A stretch of DNA of 64,000 bases, taken from the NCBI GenBank assembly GCA_963743635.1, contig CAVUQO010000003.1:736001-800000 (forward strand), read 5' to 3'. Within the stretch, counting starts at the first letter, position 1. Each line of letters opens with the position of its first letter. The stretch is from Candidatus Babeliales bacterium (GTDB taxonomy: Bacteria; Babelota; Babeliae; Babelales; Vermiphilaceae). Shown piece after piece: positions 43,252 to 54,367 of this stretch. The notes beneath the pieces were generated by a model. The model was not told the origin of the DNA, ran no database searches, and saw only the letters and a program-made list of their open reading frames with translations. A program made the position numbers and the translations under genes.

Positions 43252-44774
43252 ATGAAATATATCTTAAGAACAATGTGCGTCCTCGCTGTATACGTCAATC
43301 ATGCTCATGCCATGGGTCCTACTTTGGTGGAATTGCATAGTGCTATTTTGGCAGAATTGGATAATGATTATTATCAGATTGTTAAGAGCAGTCGCAATCA
43401 CGATGGAGCACCTGCTACCCAAGAACTGGCACGCGTTCGTTTTTCTCTTGAAGTATTGGGCACCGCAATTAGCAATTTGCAAAGCGAAAGCGATAGCGAT
43501 AATCGGCAGCGTCTTGCAAAAAAAATTGCACTCTTATCTATTTCAGATGATGCTTTAAAAGCATTGCATGAAAATCCCTCGAATCATCCGGCATTAACGA
43601 TTACGCCTTCATTAAAAAATGAAATCTATCCTCATACGCGGCATGCATATGCGATGCGTCAGATCATTCCACATGATAAGCATATTGATGCGGCAGTACT
43701 TTCACCCAATGATGCTCTGATAGCGACTATTTCGAATAACCACAATGGAACATGCGGTTATTTGCGAATTTTAAGACCGCTACCGGAGAAGAGATGCGCA
43801 CAATGTGTTATCAATACGATGGTCAAAATTTATGGTACGGTCCTCGAGCAGTTGCATTTCATCCCGATAACACAAATGTAATGATCATAGATTCTGAAGA
43901 TTCAGCAGCTCTCGTTGATGCAGAATCTGGCGTTAAGAGAACGCTGGATTATCTACAGAACGTCGATAAAGTGGCATTCTCACCCGATAGCAGCACGATT
44001 GCAGCTGCATTGAGAGATGGTTCAGTATCACTACATAGTTTGACAAACACGGCACTTGCCCATGCAAGTCAAATCACGCATCAAGGCGCTGTTAAATCGG
44101 TAGCTTTCTCAGCAAACGGCAAACTATTAGCCACCGCATCAAATGACACGACCGCAAAAGTTCTTGATCTTGAGCACAATACATCATTTGAAGTTCAACA
44201 CGATGAATGCGTTAATTCAGCAGCATTATCATCAGATAATACTATGCTTGCAACTGCATCTGATGATTGTTCGGTGAAGGTATTTGATCTTAACACTCAT
44301 GAGCTAATTCTTCATATTAAGCTTGCTACTGCTGCCCGCGGTGTGGCATTCGTACCTCATAAACGAGAACTACTCATACAAAGCGACAAAACCATAAAGG
44401 TGTGTGATATCGATACGGGTGTGCGACGATATCAAGTCAAACACAATCTTTTCCTGCACACTGCAGCGATTTCGACTGACGGTAGCACAATAGTGACTGC
44501 CTCACACCATGGTAATGGAAACGTGGTTGATACTCAGTCAGGCAATATCTTACATCGCATCACATATCGTGGATGGTTTAAAGTAGCTGCAGTTTCACAA
44601 ACGGGTGATACAATAATCACTGCTCCAGGCATGTATACAGGGCCCCTGACTATTACTGAACGATTGACTCGGTTAGCCAACACCTTTGATCAGGCACTCC
44701 TTAAGAAATATTTAGACTGGTGCAAACAAAGCGGGGCCGAACCAAATCAATCAGTCAAAACAGCATTAGAGTAA
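43252..44774 (+). CDS. Secreted WD40 repeat protein, split by a frameshift near 43770
   Basis: Signal peptide in the first ORF; divergent WD40 repeats (SVAFSANGKLLATASNDTTAKV) in the overlapping second ORF. Confidence 0.75.
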
Positions 44775-44795
44775 ATACTTACAATCACTCGTATC

Positions 44796-44861
44796 ATTCG
44801 CCACAATTTTTATTTTTGTCCGAAGGGTAAAATAAAAATTGTGGCGAAGGGTCAGGGAACA
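44796..44861 (-). repeat. REP-like family A palindrome
   Basis: ttcgccacaatttttatttt...aaaataaaaattgtggcgaa hairpin; reverse complement matches 12602..12658. Confidence 0.75.
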
Positions 44862-44975
44862 TAGCGTCTTGGAGTTTCACAATGCGCTCTCTCCTTTTTC
44901 TTTGTATTCTATTTATGGTATGGTACCTCAATGGAATAGTGAGCCACTCTCGCATAAACCCCCGTAAAAAAAGGA

Positions 44976-46181
44976 ATGATCATGATGCATTTACTACTGT
45001 TTTTATTAGCCTTATATGCCCCGACCATGTCAGCAGAATATGTATATCCGGTCGCAGCATGTAGTGCCGAACAAATCTATGTGTTGTATCAAAAATCAAC
45101 CGATCACGTTGAGTTATGGGTATGGAACAGCATCACCAAAAAGGCCTCAAAAGCTTTACTTTCTACCTTTTCTCCAGCCGGATTGCAACTGCTCCCAGAT
45201 GGATCAAGTTTTAGTTTCGTCGATAATGATCGAATACGCGTTAAGTTGCAAGGCAGGCGCCAACCCAAGGCTGTTGGGTTTTGTGAGCCGGTCTATGACA
45301 TCAGTCTCATTCATTGGATCAATAATGAAGCCTTTTACTTCAGCGCCAAGGAAAAAGAACAGTTTAGTATTTTCCATGGGACCATTTATGGAACTTGTCA
45401 CCGAATCATCGGCATCAGGCGCGGGGATTGTATGTACCCCCAGCTGCGAGGCTCGGAGCTCTTTTTCATCGAGCGGGACGATAACAATGATTATGCAATA
45501 GTATCCATGCCATACCCAATGATCCCTCAAGAAGAATGTGTTCCATGTACCGATCCCGAAAAATTTGAAGATCGAGTCCAGGCGATTCTTCGCCAAGCTC
45601 AGGACGATCGCACGGAAGTCACGCGGCGATCGTATGGCGACGTTTCTAAAAAGTCGCTCGTTTTAAATTGCGGAAATCGGGCCATCGCTTTTTTACAAAT
45701 GATATCAGACTCATTCGGTTTTTTTATACAACATCCAGCATCGATCAATCGCTCAGATTCCCTTATTTCATTTACATGCCACGCACTTGAGCACGAGGAT
45801 GGGGAATGGAAAAGTAGTCCGCTATTTTCTTTTGAGCTTCCGACATCATTATTAATTGCGGGAAGCCCAGAGCGACTTTATGAATCATTATTGCCTTTAT
45901 TGGTCCGATACGACGGTCAAAAAACGCTTTATTTTGTAAATAACGATAAAAACGAATCAGGATTAAATATATACGCTTATCAACTCGACGATCGAACTAT
46001 TACAAAAAAATCAAACCTCGGTCAAAATAAAGGCATGTTTTTTTCGCCACTTTGTTCAAAATTTGGAACATGGTACGGCGGCACTCTTATGAAGACCGAT
46101 GAATTAAGTTTGGACCAAGTCTGTATGTACTTCGATAATGAAGAAGATGTATGCATAAACTTGCCTTTGATGAGTGAATAG
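44976..46181 (+). CDS. Hypothetical secreted protein, possibly a beta-propeller
   Basis: Signal peptide; short beta-strand-like segments (LLPDGSSFSFVD). Confidence 0.7.
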   Translation: MIMMHLLLFLLALYAPTMSAEYVYPVAACSAEQIYVLYQKSTDHVELWVWNSITKKASKALLSTFSPAGLQLLPDGSSFSFVDNDRIRVKLQGRRQPKAVGFCEPVYDISLIHWINNEAFYFSAKEKEQFSIFHGTIYGTCHRIIGIRRGDCMYPQLRGSELFFIERDDNNDYAIVSMPYPMIPQEECVPCTDPEKFEDRVQAILRQAQDDRTEVTRRSYGDVSKKSLVLNCGNRAIAFLQMISDSFGFFIQHPASINRSDSLISFTCHALEHEDGEWKSSPLFSFELPTSLLIAGSPERLYESLLPLLVRYDGQKTLYFVNNDKNESGLNIYAYQLDDRTITKKSNLGQNKGMFFSPLCSKFGTWYGGTLMKTDELSLDQVCMYFDNEEDVCINLPLMSE

Positions 46182-46337
46182 TTTATCATAATAGTGTCTT
46201 TGATATGTACGCAATCACCGCTCCTTCAGGAGGAAGTGATTGTTTTTACATAATATGCATTATCAGAATCGAGTAAAATACCCAGGGAATAAACACCCTG
46301 GGTATTTCTGTTATTTTCTTCATATATGTTTCGGACA

Positions 46338-46395
46338 CGTCGAAGCATTAGTGACTGTGTGCGAAGAAGCTGAAAGCGTAGACGCAAGCCTGGGT
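46338..46395. repeat. REP-like family B element
   Basis: aagaagctgaaagcgtagacg is the reverse complement of 8191..8211; ends in aagcctgggt like the 36149 and 54251 copies. Confidence 0.6.
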
Positions 46396-46904
46396 CAATC
46401 CTTAGAGTCATACGAAATACACATGATGGGCATCTTCATATGAAGATTGTGATCAATCAAAAGAGACTTAAACTGCTCAAGCCATGGCTGCGCCAGAAGA
46501 TTGGGCGTAAGTTCAATCCATAAAAAATCGAGTTCATTGTACTCTAGAAAAAACTGCTCAAGGCCATTGGGCAGATATCGACCTTCGATCAAATGAGTCA
46601 AAAGATCATGCGTAGTTGTTGAAAGCGGCATCTCGCTTTCGGTGAGGCATGCAACCATGTGATAATAATCAAGTGACTGCAGCAATTTTGCCATCAACTC
46701 TCTTCCCTCATCTACATTCGGCACCTGAATATGCTGGAAGCCATTGGTGAGAAAGCGAACATGTAATTCTATGATTTGCTGATCTGATAATGCGCGTTCG
46801 TTCTCTGTAGATATAGCCATTGGTGACTCTAGGACAGCTGATAATACGTTATGTGCCGTTATGGTACAACGTTTCATACTGACCTCCTTTCCAAATAGCA
46901 GCAA
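46395..46904 (-). CDS. Hypothetical protein (start may be MKRCTI)
   Basis: 169-aa ORF; GGAGG RBS before the second Met. Confidence 0.7.
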   Translation of the reverse strand: MLLFGKEVSMKRCTITAHNVLSAVLESPMAISTENERALSDQQIIELHVRFLTNGFQHIQVPNVDEGRELMAKLLQSLDYYHMVACLTESEMPLSTTTHDLLTHLIEGRYLPNGLEQFFLEYNELDFLWIELTPNLLAQPWLEQFKSLLIDHNLHMKMPIMCISYDSKD

Positions 46905-47041
46905 TAGATCAAGCGATCAATCTATTATCCGCGATGAGACATCCCTACCCCTCACCAACGATGCTACATCAAAAGAACGATCAGATGCAATGGTTCGATA
47001 CATCGCGAATTCTTCATCTTTTCATAACTGCGATTCAGAGC

Positions 47042-47593
47042 TCATAACTGCCCACTATGAATGATAAAAACGCTCATTTCCGCGCATCCTGAGGCTCGTT
47101 CTTCATTAGCCCATGATGCGCGAGGATCAATGGACCAAAATCCACACAGCGTAACGGCTAAAGCGTCGGTTACATCAAGCTTCTTTTGATCTTTAAGTCC
47201 GGGAAAGAGCTGCTGGACGACGCGTGCAACTTGCTCTTTGCTTGCACCCCCAAATCCAGTAATGGATTGTTTGATTTCTCGTGGAGAAAATTCAAGAATA
47301 TTGGCATTGTGTTTATTGGCCAACAGATACAGATTCCCCCGTAAATAACCAAGTTTTAGAAAGTTCTGCGCATTCTTACCCAAAAACGGCGTTTCCAACG
47401 CAATGTCCGTCACCTTCCACGTCACCATTTTTTCCGTGAAAAAATCATGAAACATACCAATACGTACGACCAAACTCTTGGTTGGTGGCATCTTTAAAAA
47501 TCCATGGTCCAAAAGATAAGCCTTGTTGCCTTCTTTTTTCAAAATCCCATATCCCGCCACCTGAAATCCCGGGTCTACACCTAAAATTATCAT
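47042..47593 (-). CDS. ruvC: Holliday junction resolvase RuvC with C-terminal extension
   Basis: IILGVDPG, ALETPF, IKQSITGFGGASKEQV, DVTDALAV. Confidence 0.95.
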   Translation of the reverse strand: MIILGVDPGFQVAGYGILKKEGNKAYLLDHGFLKMPPTKSLVVRIGMFHDFFTEKMVTWKVTDIALETPFLGKNAQNFLKLGYLRGNLYLLANKHNANILEFSPREIKQSITGFGGASKEQVARVVQQLFPGLKDQKKLDVTDALAVTLCGFWSIDPRASWANEERASGCAEMSVFIIHSGQL

Positions 47594-47878
47594 TTACGCT
47601 CTCCTATTTTGTACCTATGTACGTTAATACCCTTAGTTTATAGAGATAATCGAATAAAATAATCCATTATTTACAGAGATCGCTCTCTGCTTATCCCTGC
47701 ACAGCAATCCCCTGCCCAGAAGCATTTTTAACTGGAAGGCCATTGGATAATCGCTCTGGAAGCCAATTTATTAAAAAAATAATCAAAAAGGAACCTAAAC
47801 TATTGCTTTTTAGGTTCCTTTTTGATTAGACTGATAATTGATAGATAGTATTAATCTTCATACATAGGAGAAAAGAAT

Positions 47879-48196
47879 ATGAAGATACTAAAAGTAATAG
47901 CTGTGGCAGCTATGGTGATTGCAGGCCAGCAACTAATTGCGGGACCTAAACAGGACATTAAAAGTTTTGTTAAGGACCGTGAAAACGCCACTATAGTAGT
48001 TAAGAATGCTGATAAAGCGGAACTACGCGATCTTCATCGTAAAATTGGCGAAGCAATACAAAATTTAGAGCAAGTTCCTATGACAGCATTTGGGGGCGGC
48101 CCGGATTTTAGACGTATGAACGAAATGATGAAATCACAAGAGTGGCAAGATTTAGTCTACATAGAAAAGTTAATCAATGAACGCTTAGCAGAGTAA
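47879..48196 (+). CDS. Small secreted hypothetical protein
   Basis: AGGAG RBS, signal peptide, long hairpins on both sides. Confidence 0.75.
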   Translation: MKILKVIAVAAMVIAGQQLIAGPKQDIKSFVKDRENATIVVKNADKAELRDLHRKIGEAIQNLEQVPMTAFGGGPDFRRMNEMMKSQEWQDLVYIEKLINERLAE

Positions 48197-48202
48197 CTGA
48201 AA

Positions 48203-48259
48203 AACACTAAAAAGCAAAAGAGGTAGGAAAAAATCCTGCCTCTTTTGCTTTTTAGTGTT
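48203..48259. terminator. Long bidirectional terminator hairpin
   Basis: aacactaaaaagcaaaagaggtagga/tcctgcctcttttgctttttagtgtt. Confidence 0.75.
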
Positions 48260-48267
48260 GTATCTAT

Positions 48268-49872
48268 TTATGCCAACTCAAAAAGCTCCGCAACAAAAGG
48301 CGATATCGGATACCGATAATCATTCGCTAATTGCGGTTCCTCTTCAAGAGCCTTTCTAAATGGGACAACCACCAAAATGTTATCTGATGCATTATTGATG
48401 GTATCAACCACAGTGAGTGCTAGAAAATCATTATCGATGCTCTTTTTTACCGCATTTCTGAAATCTTCCAATGTATGAACCGGAATATCATTTACTTTTT
48501 TAAGCACGAATCCAGGGCGCACTATGCGGGTACGAGCACATTGCGATGCTGGAAATACATGGCTAATGAATAGAACTGGTTCGGTTCTATTCTTCATTTC
48601 TGTATATTTTGATAATCCTGCTGCGTGATCAGCTAATAGATTGATATGATTCAAGGTAAGATTCATTACCACGATACCACCAAATATTTCATATTCAATA
48701 GCATCGTATCCTGGATAAATCGTACGAACGGGCAATTCTTGTACATGATTGAAATGTACTGTTGCTTCGCGATATTCGCCACGACGATAGTAAACTAAAT
48801 GCACCTGATCACCAATGGAAAGTCGGGCCACATAATCAGCAAGATCGATTTTATCTTCGCTCCATGGTACGGACATTTGGCCGTAAATATCAAGTTGATA
48901 GCCGTCGACTTCATAAATCATGTCGCCACTCTTGAGACCGGCCTTGTCGAGTGGACTATTTTTGATTACTTCTGCTGCATAACAGCCTCCTGGAGGCGGA
49001 TTGCCCAAAAACGATGTTTGACACTCATTGGCAAACGTCGAAATAATACCAAGGAATGCCTTTTTAACAAATCCACTGACCGTTAAATCATGTAAAATAA
49101 TCTTCAGATCATTAATAGGAATAATGAGACCCACGTTTTGTGCTTCAGTAACGCCTGCACTGCTGATACCAATAACCTGACCATCAATGTTCAAGCATGG
49201 CCCGCCAGAACTTCCGGGGTTAATCGGTGCGCTCATCTGAATGAGATTGTCAGCGCGACCACTAATGTGTCCTGCAGTACTTTTCAGCGATTCATGGCCT
49301 AATGGATAACCAAGCGCGAGCACTTCATCCATACGGCGCACTAAATCAGAATCACCGAGCTCAAGATAGGGAACATGCCCAATTTCTTGTTCTATAAAGG
49401 CTAATCCCTCATCTGAAATTTTAAGAAGCGCTAGATCCCAATCAGGACTTACTCCAATAACAGAAACGCCGATCATATGTTTGCCAAGCGATGGTATTTG
49501 AATCCATACAAAACGGTGCTGATCAACGACGTGCGCATTGGTAATCACGTATCCATCACTACTAATTAAAAAGCAACTTCCGCGCGTTGCATATTGGTTG
49601 GGAGTTTTAAATGGTTGAAAAAGATCATCTTCTACGGCATGTACAAATACCTGTCCAACCGTATCGGTTACGCGCGCTTGTATTGGGCGCCATGGCTGGC
49701 GACTATGATTAAAATCAGATGATGCAAAACTGCAATCTTGCAGTGCAGCATCTTGCGTTTCATCTAACAGCTCTTCAATAGATGACTCATCGACGGCGAC
49801 ATGCGGCATCAGAGTATGCGTACTGAATAAGAGACACAAGCTAAATAATATTGGATGATGGTGATTGTGCAT
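48268..49872 (-). CDS. HtrA/Deg-family serine protease with PDZ domains
   Basis: ITNAHVV, DLALL, INPGSSGGP triad motifs; SPLDKAGLKSGD PDZ. Confidence 0.92.
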   Translation of the reverse strand: MHNHHHPILFSLCLLFSTHTLMPHVAVDESSIEELLDETQDAALQDCSFASSDFNHSRQPWRPIQARVTDTVGQVFVHAVEDDLFQPFKTPNQYATRGSCFLISSDGYVITNAHVVDQHRFVWIQIPSLGKHMIGVSVIGVSPDWDLALLKISDEGLAFIEQEIGHVPYLELGDSDLVRRMDEVLALGYPLGHESLKSTAGHISGRADNLIQMSAPINPGSSGGPCLNIDGQVIGISSAGVTEAQNVGLIIPINDLKIILHDLTVSGFVKKAFLGIISTFANECQTSFLGNPPPGGCYAAEVIKNSPLDKAGLKSGDMIYEVDGYQLDIYGQMSVPWSEDKIDLADYVARLSIGDQVHLVYYRRGEYREATVHFNHVQELPVRTIYPGYDAIEYEIFGGIVVMNLTLNHINLLADHAAGLSKYTEMKNRTEPVLFISHVFPASQCARTRIVRPGFVLKKVNDIPVHTLEDFRNAVKKSIDNDFLALTVVDTINNASDNILVVVPFRKALEEEPQLANDYRYPISPFVAELFELA

Positions 49873-49958
49873 AAGAAACTCCTTTTTATGCTTGGTTGGT
49901 TCGATACCTGCTTAACAGTATGGTGAAAAATGAGAGCCGTAAATTATCGGCAATCTCA

Positions 49959-51350
49959 TCAACTATAATAGTCTTCTTCAATATCCTGGAATTTTGTATA
50001 TTCACGCTCAAAGTTTAGATAAACCGTACCGGTTGGACCATTACGTTGTTTACCAATAATAAGTTCGGACAACGCCGGATTTTCTGCTTCAGGATTGTAC
50101 ACAATATCACGGTATAAAAACATAATAAGATCCGCATCTTGCTCAATCGCACCAGATTCTCGTAAATCAGAAAGCATCGGCCGTTTATCCATACGGCTAT
50201 CAACCGCACGTGAAAGCTGTGAAAGTGCCAGAATTGGAACTTGCAATTCTTTTGCAAGCGCTTTTAATGAACGTGAAATCTCAGATACTTCTTGGTGCCT
50301 GTTTTCATGGCTTCGATTGGTATGAATGAAGCTGCAGATAATCAATCACTAAAAATTGAAAGTTTGCTCAGTTTTAAGCTTGCGTGCTTTGCGCGCGTAA
50401 ATCCATAATGAAATGCCATGGCAGTATCATCGATAAATAATTTATAGTCCGCAAGTTGTGCAGCTACATTAGTGAGCTCAACCCATTCATCGGAAGTGAT
50501 GGTTGCATTACGAATATTATGATGGGCAATACCCGACTGTGATGAAAGCAACCGCAGTGGTCAACTGTTCGGCGGACATTTCAAGGGAAAAAAATCCAAC
50601 AGATAGCCATGCAGTGCGGCATTATTCACCAAATGAAATGCAAGTGCGGTTTTACCCATAGAAGGTCGCGCAGCCAATACAACAAATCACCTTTTTGAAA
50701 ACCAGAAGTCATCGAATCAAGTTTTTTATATCCAGATGGGAACCCCAGTAATACCTTTACTATGGCTCTTGATATCGGAAAGATGCTTAAATGTTTTTTT
50801 GAGCCAAATATTCAGCTGCACAAAGATTTGCTGTGCGCGCTTATTGGATATTTTAAAAATTGCTTGTTCTGCTTGATCCAAGATAGCATCAAGCTCTTTT
50901 TCACTCTGATTATAACAATCACCAATAATTTGCGTAGCCGAATTAATCAGCTCACGCAAAATTGCTTTTTCTTTAATAATTCTTGCATGTTGTTCAATCA
51001 ATCCAATAGCAGGAAGATCTTCTTGTAAAGAAACGAGATACAATATGCCGCCCACATCTTCAAGTTGATTACGTTTAATAAGTTCATCTTGTAGTGTCAG
51101 CAAGTCAATACGCTTACGTTGATGATGTAAATCAACCATCGCGGCGTAAATGTAAGTATTGTGTTGATTATAAAAATCAGTGGGAATTAAGATCTCAGAA
51201 ACGAGCGTGATGTGTTCATCATTGAGCAGCAATGCTCCCAATACTGCTCGCTCCGCTTCAATGCTCGAAGGAAGACTTTTTCCGACCAGTTGTTCGGCGC
51301 TTGGAGTAGGAGGTTGTTGATATCGCGCGAGTAAGTCTTTCCTTCGGCAT
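49959..51350 (-). CDS. dnaB: Replicative helicase DnaB, several frameshifts (start approximate)
   Basis: [40 protein letters not shown] and KQRNGPTG in successive frames. Confidence 0.93.
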
Positions 51351-51409
51351 GCAAAATCCTTTTTATGATAAGATTCACCTTAATTACGTGCGGTTCCGCA
51401 TGTATAATA

Positions 51410-51852
51410 TTATGCAGGTGATACTACCACGGTCATTTGGGGTTGTAATTTTGAGGAAAGTTTGATGGTTACTTTATGTTCACCTTTTTCCTTAATTGAC
51501 TTCCCAAAGTCTACTTGATTTTTAGAAATAGAGACACCTTTTTCTGCAAGAGCATCAACAATTTCTTGCGAGTTTATTGCGCCATAAAGTTTGCCATCGT
51601 CATGGCTTTTGCGCTTAAGCTAATGCGGATAGATTTGATACGTTCAGCAAGAATAGAAGTCTTGCTTTCAATCACTTCTTTACGGTGTTCAACCGTTTTC
51701 ATTTTGCTTCTATAGAATGCTTCATTGTTTTTGGTTACTTCTACGCCGAGTTTGCGCGGAAATACGAAGTTCATTGCGTAACCTTCTGAAACCTTAACAA
51801 TTTCACCCGCTAGACCAACTTTTTCAATGTCTTTAAGTAGATAGATTTGCAT
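51410..51852 (-). CDS. rplI: 50S ribosomal protein L9, frameshifted
   Basis: MQIYLLKDIEKVGLAGEIVKVSEGYAMNF; GKLYGAI in another frame; directly upstream of dnaB. Confidence 0.92.
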
Positions 51853-51937
51853 AATCTATTCCTTTCATAACTCTTTAGTAATACTGATATCCCTATAAGT
51901 ATAGTCTAAATCGCTCCACTTGAAAATGATGATTATA

Positions 51938-53290
51938 CTATCTTATGAGCGGCCATACGTCGCCATCGCGGGAGCAGTAGATTGCCTCCCGGTGTGCCAC
52001 GTAGATAATGTCCTGCCTGCGGGCAATGGCCCCATATTGAGCAGCCAATCGCATGAGTTGTTTCAAGGAGTTCCCTGCAAACCAAGTTTCATTTACCAAA
52101 AGCAATAAGGGTATTTCCAATTTTTGCGGTTCATCATACCAATCCAAATAATAATCCGAACAGATTGCTGGTATAAAAATGGTCTCTACGGCTTCTGATG
52201 AAAGTGAATAATCGCCGTAGAAAAAATCGCCCTTCTTCCTGTTAACGTTCATTATTATTTTATTATGGAGGAAAATCCGATTAATCCCCGCGAAGTTTAA
52301 CCAGTAATTAGGTATATATTCCGCAAAAGGCATCAGTATCGATTTGTCGTAACCTCGAATTATCAGACGATTATGGATATAATAACAAGAATTGTAAAAG
52401 CACCCGTTTTCTTTTCGATGGGCTCCTAAAATCACGGTCAGATCGTCGTTAACGATGTTTTGCGCGAGCGCTTCGTGAATTTCCGGATGCATGTTTAGTG
52501 TGATTTTAAGCGTTGATTCGGGCATTACAATGTGCGTTATGTGCGGATGCCTGGCGATGAGTGCGTTACAACACACTGCCAACTCCCCTGCCCGCTCAAG
52601 GAGATCGTCAGATAATCCCGCTGGAGACACATATCCTATTGTTTCATAATGGATGGGCGGCTCACTTTTTTCGCACACAAAAAAACCGAATATAAACGGA
52701 AGATAGAGCGCGACAGCAAGTCTTAATCGATATTTATGGTACCCACCCCATGCTGCCGCCATGCCCCAACTTGCGGTTATGAGCATGAGTAGCAGAATGT
52801 GCGGATGGAGATAGGATAACGTAAAAAGTGTTTGTGGATATGCGGCGAGTGGAATAAGCGGGAAACTAAATGGGTATCCCTGCACCCTACCAAGCATCCA
52901 AAATGAAAATCGCTGCATGCAAATTATGTAAAGCCAGGTTGAACCAATCCAACTCAGGATCGGTTTTTTGGTTGTAATACTTAAAAGAGACGCGCCCCAG
53001 AACCATATCCCTGCATAGAATGCGCTGCAAATGACTAAAAAAGGCATAACCGCATAGCGCGCGATGCCATGGCCCTGTGCATGCGCAAATAGTGCGATAT
53101 CATACCAATGCAGTGCATACACAATCATTCCCCATAGGAATCCATCATAGAAAGAAAGATTCCCCTTGCGCATGATTGCGCAATAAAAAAGGGGAATAAG
53201 ATAAAGAAAGATGCAAAAAAAGAAGAGCATGGGCAGCGAGAGAGCGCTATAAAAAAGAAGCGCCGATAGACAAACAGGCCTAAACTGCAT
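51938..53290 (-). CDS. lnt: Apolipoprotein N-acyltransferase-like protein
   Basis: N-terminal TMs, GYPF, MPES, YDKSILMPFAEYIP, AIC. Confidence 0.75.
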   Translation of the reverse strand: MQFRPVCLSALLFYSALSLPMLFFFCIFLYLIPLFYCAIMRKGNLSFYDGFLWGMIVYALHWYDIALFAHAQGHGIARYAVMPFLVICSAFYAGIWFWGASLLSITTKKPILSWIGSTWLYIICMQRFSFWMLGRVQGYPFSFPLIPLAAYPQTLFTLSYLHPHILLLMLITASWGMAAAWGGYHKYRLRLAVALYLPFIFGFFVCEKSEPPIHYETIGYVSPAGLSDDLLERAGELAVCCNALIARHPHITHIVMPESTLKITLNMHPEIHEALAQNIVNDDLTVILGAHRKENGCFYNSCYYIHNRLIIRGYDKSILMPFAEYIPNYWLNFAGINRIFLHNKIIMNVNRKKGDFFYGDYSLSSEAVETIFIPAICSDYYLDWYDEPQKLEIPLLLLVNETWFAGNSLKQLMRLAAQYGAIARRQDIIYVAHREAIYCSRDGDVWPLIR

Positions 53291-53747
53291 CTCTTTTCCA
53301 CGCTGAAATCATATAGAGTTCTTCAGGCATAAGACTCTGCGGATTTATGATCTGTTTTTCAAGGCAACAGGAGAAGGATACCTGTTTAACGTCTTTTTCG
53401 TACAACGTCGCCGTAATTTTAAAAAGTCCATCATACTGAATGTCGATGACACCTCGGGCAAAAATGCCTCCACCCAAAGGCCACTGATTAAACATTAATG
53501 CCTCCTGCCCTGATTGCTTTTCAAGCACCGTTGAAAGCAATGTATACTGCTTTTTACAGATGCCGATCCCGTACCACAGCAACGCCTCTGCTGCATATTG
53601 TTTTTTGACGTATTCCATGCGAAGTGCCGTAATTTCACGAAGCGATTCTTGCGCCTTCCATTGCATGACCATAATAAGCGTGAAGATGCTGATAAAGAAA
53701 ATACAGGTAAGTACCATTGAGCCAGATTTATGCCGTAATGGGATCAT
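53280..53747 (-). CDS. Minor pseudopilin, PilX/GspK-like
   Basis: RHKSG|SMVL plus hydrophobic stretch, YAAEA; coupled to two prepilin genes. Confidence 0.55.
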   Translation of the reverse strand: MIPLRHKSGSMVLTCIFFISIFTLIMVMQWKAQESLREITALRMEYVKKQYAAEALLWYGIGICKKQYTLLSTVLEKQSGQEALMFNQWPLGGGIFARGVIDIQYDGLFKITATLYEKDVKQVSFSCCLEKQIINPQSLMPEELYMISAWKRDAV

Positions 53748-54367
53748 AAAATCCTACCATTTCGTATGCGCACATACCGCGATGATTGCGCACTGCCTTC
53801 CAAAGAAAGCGTTGATGTTATGCCCTGCACCCTCTTTTCATCAGCCTGAATTTGGCATGAAAATGCATCTACCCCGGATGCAACGACACTCGCATGATGC
53901 TTACCCCATTGCTGCGTTTGCGTGTTATAGCTGCCCTCTTTACGCACAAGTTGTTTATTCGTGTGATGCCAACCAATGGCCTTCCCATCAGACCCCTGCC
54001 ATATGATATGATCTTTTGCTATCGCAAGCCAAGCGGATCGATCGCTTGGCGCTGGCTGTAAATCACGCACAATCACATCATGCACCAAGACGCCCGTAAG
54101 CGCCCTATCAGTTGACTGTACCGTCCGGCCAGCCTCCAATACGGTTTGGGTAATCCATCGCATAAGGGTCATCATCAATATCGCGCAAATAACCATATAC
54201 ACGCAACATTCAATGAGTAAAAATCCATTCTTTCTATTTCGCGAAATAGAACCCGACGAAGCAAAACACTTCGAGGAGTAGAAACTTCGAAGTAAAAGCG
54301 AAGCCTGGGTCACATTAATTCTGCGCGATACAACGGGTTTTAACCCGCTTAGTGCTTCGTTATCCAT
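53744..54367 (-). CDS. Prepilin-type protein (PilW/GspJ-like) with extended leader
   Basis: RKNG|FLLIE class III cleavage motif; ATG directly follows the upstream TAA. Confidence 0.75.
   Translation of the reverse strand: MDNEALSGLKPVVSRRINVTQASLLLRSFYSSKCFASSGSISRNRKNGFLLIECCVYMVICAILMMTLMRWITQTVLEAGRTVQSTDRALTGVLVHDVIVRDLQPAPSDRSAWLAIAKDHIIWQGSDGKAIGWHHTNKQLVRKEGSYNTQTQQWGKHHASVVASGVDAFSCQIQADEKRVQGITSTLSLEGSAQSSRYVRIRNGRIL
54251..54310. repeat. REP-like family B element inserted in frame in the prepilin leader
   Basis: 60 bp, acccgacgaagc...gcgaagcctgggt; translates as TQASLLLRSFYSSKCFASSG. Confidence 0.8.

Noticed and set aside
49959..51852. Loss of dnaB and rplI by genome decay
   Set aside because: DnaB is essential and its motifs are intact across frames; indel errors are more likely.
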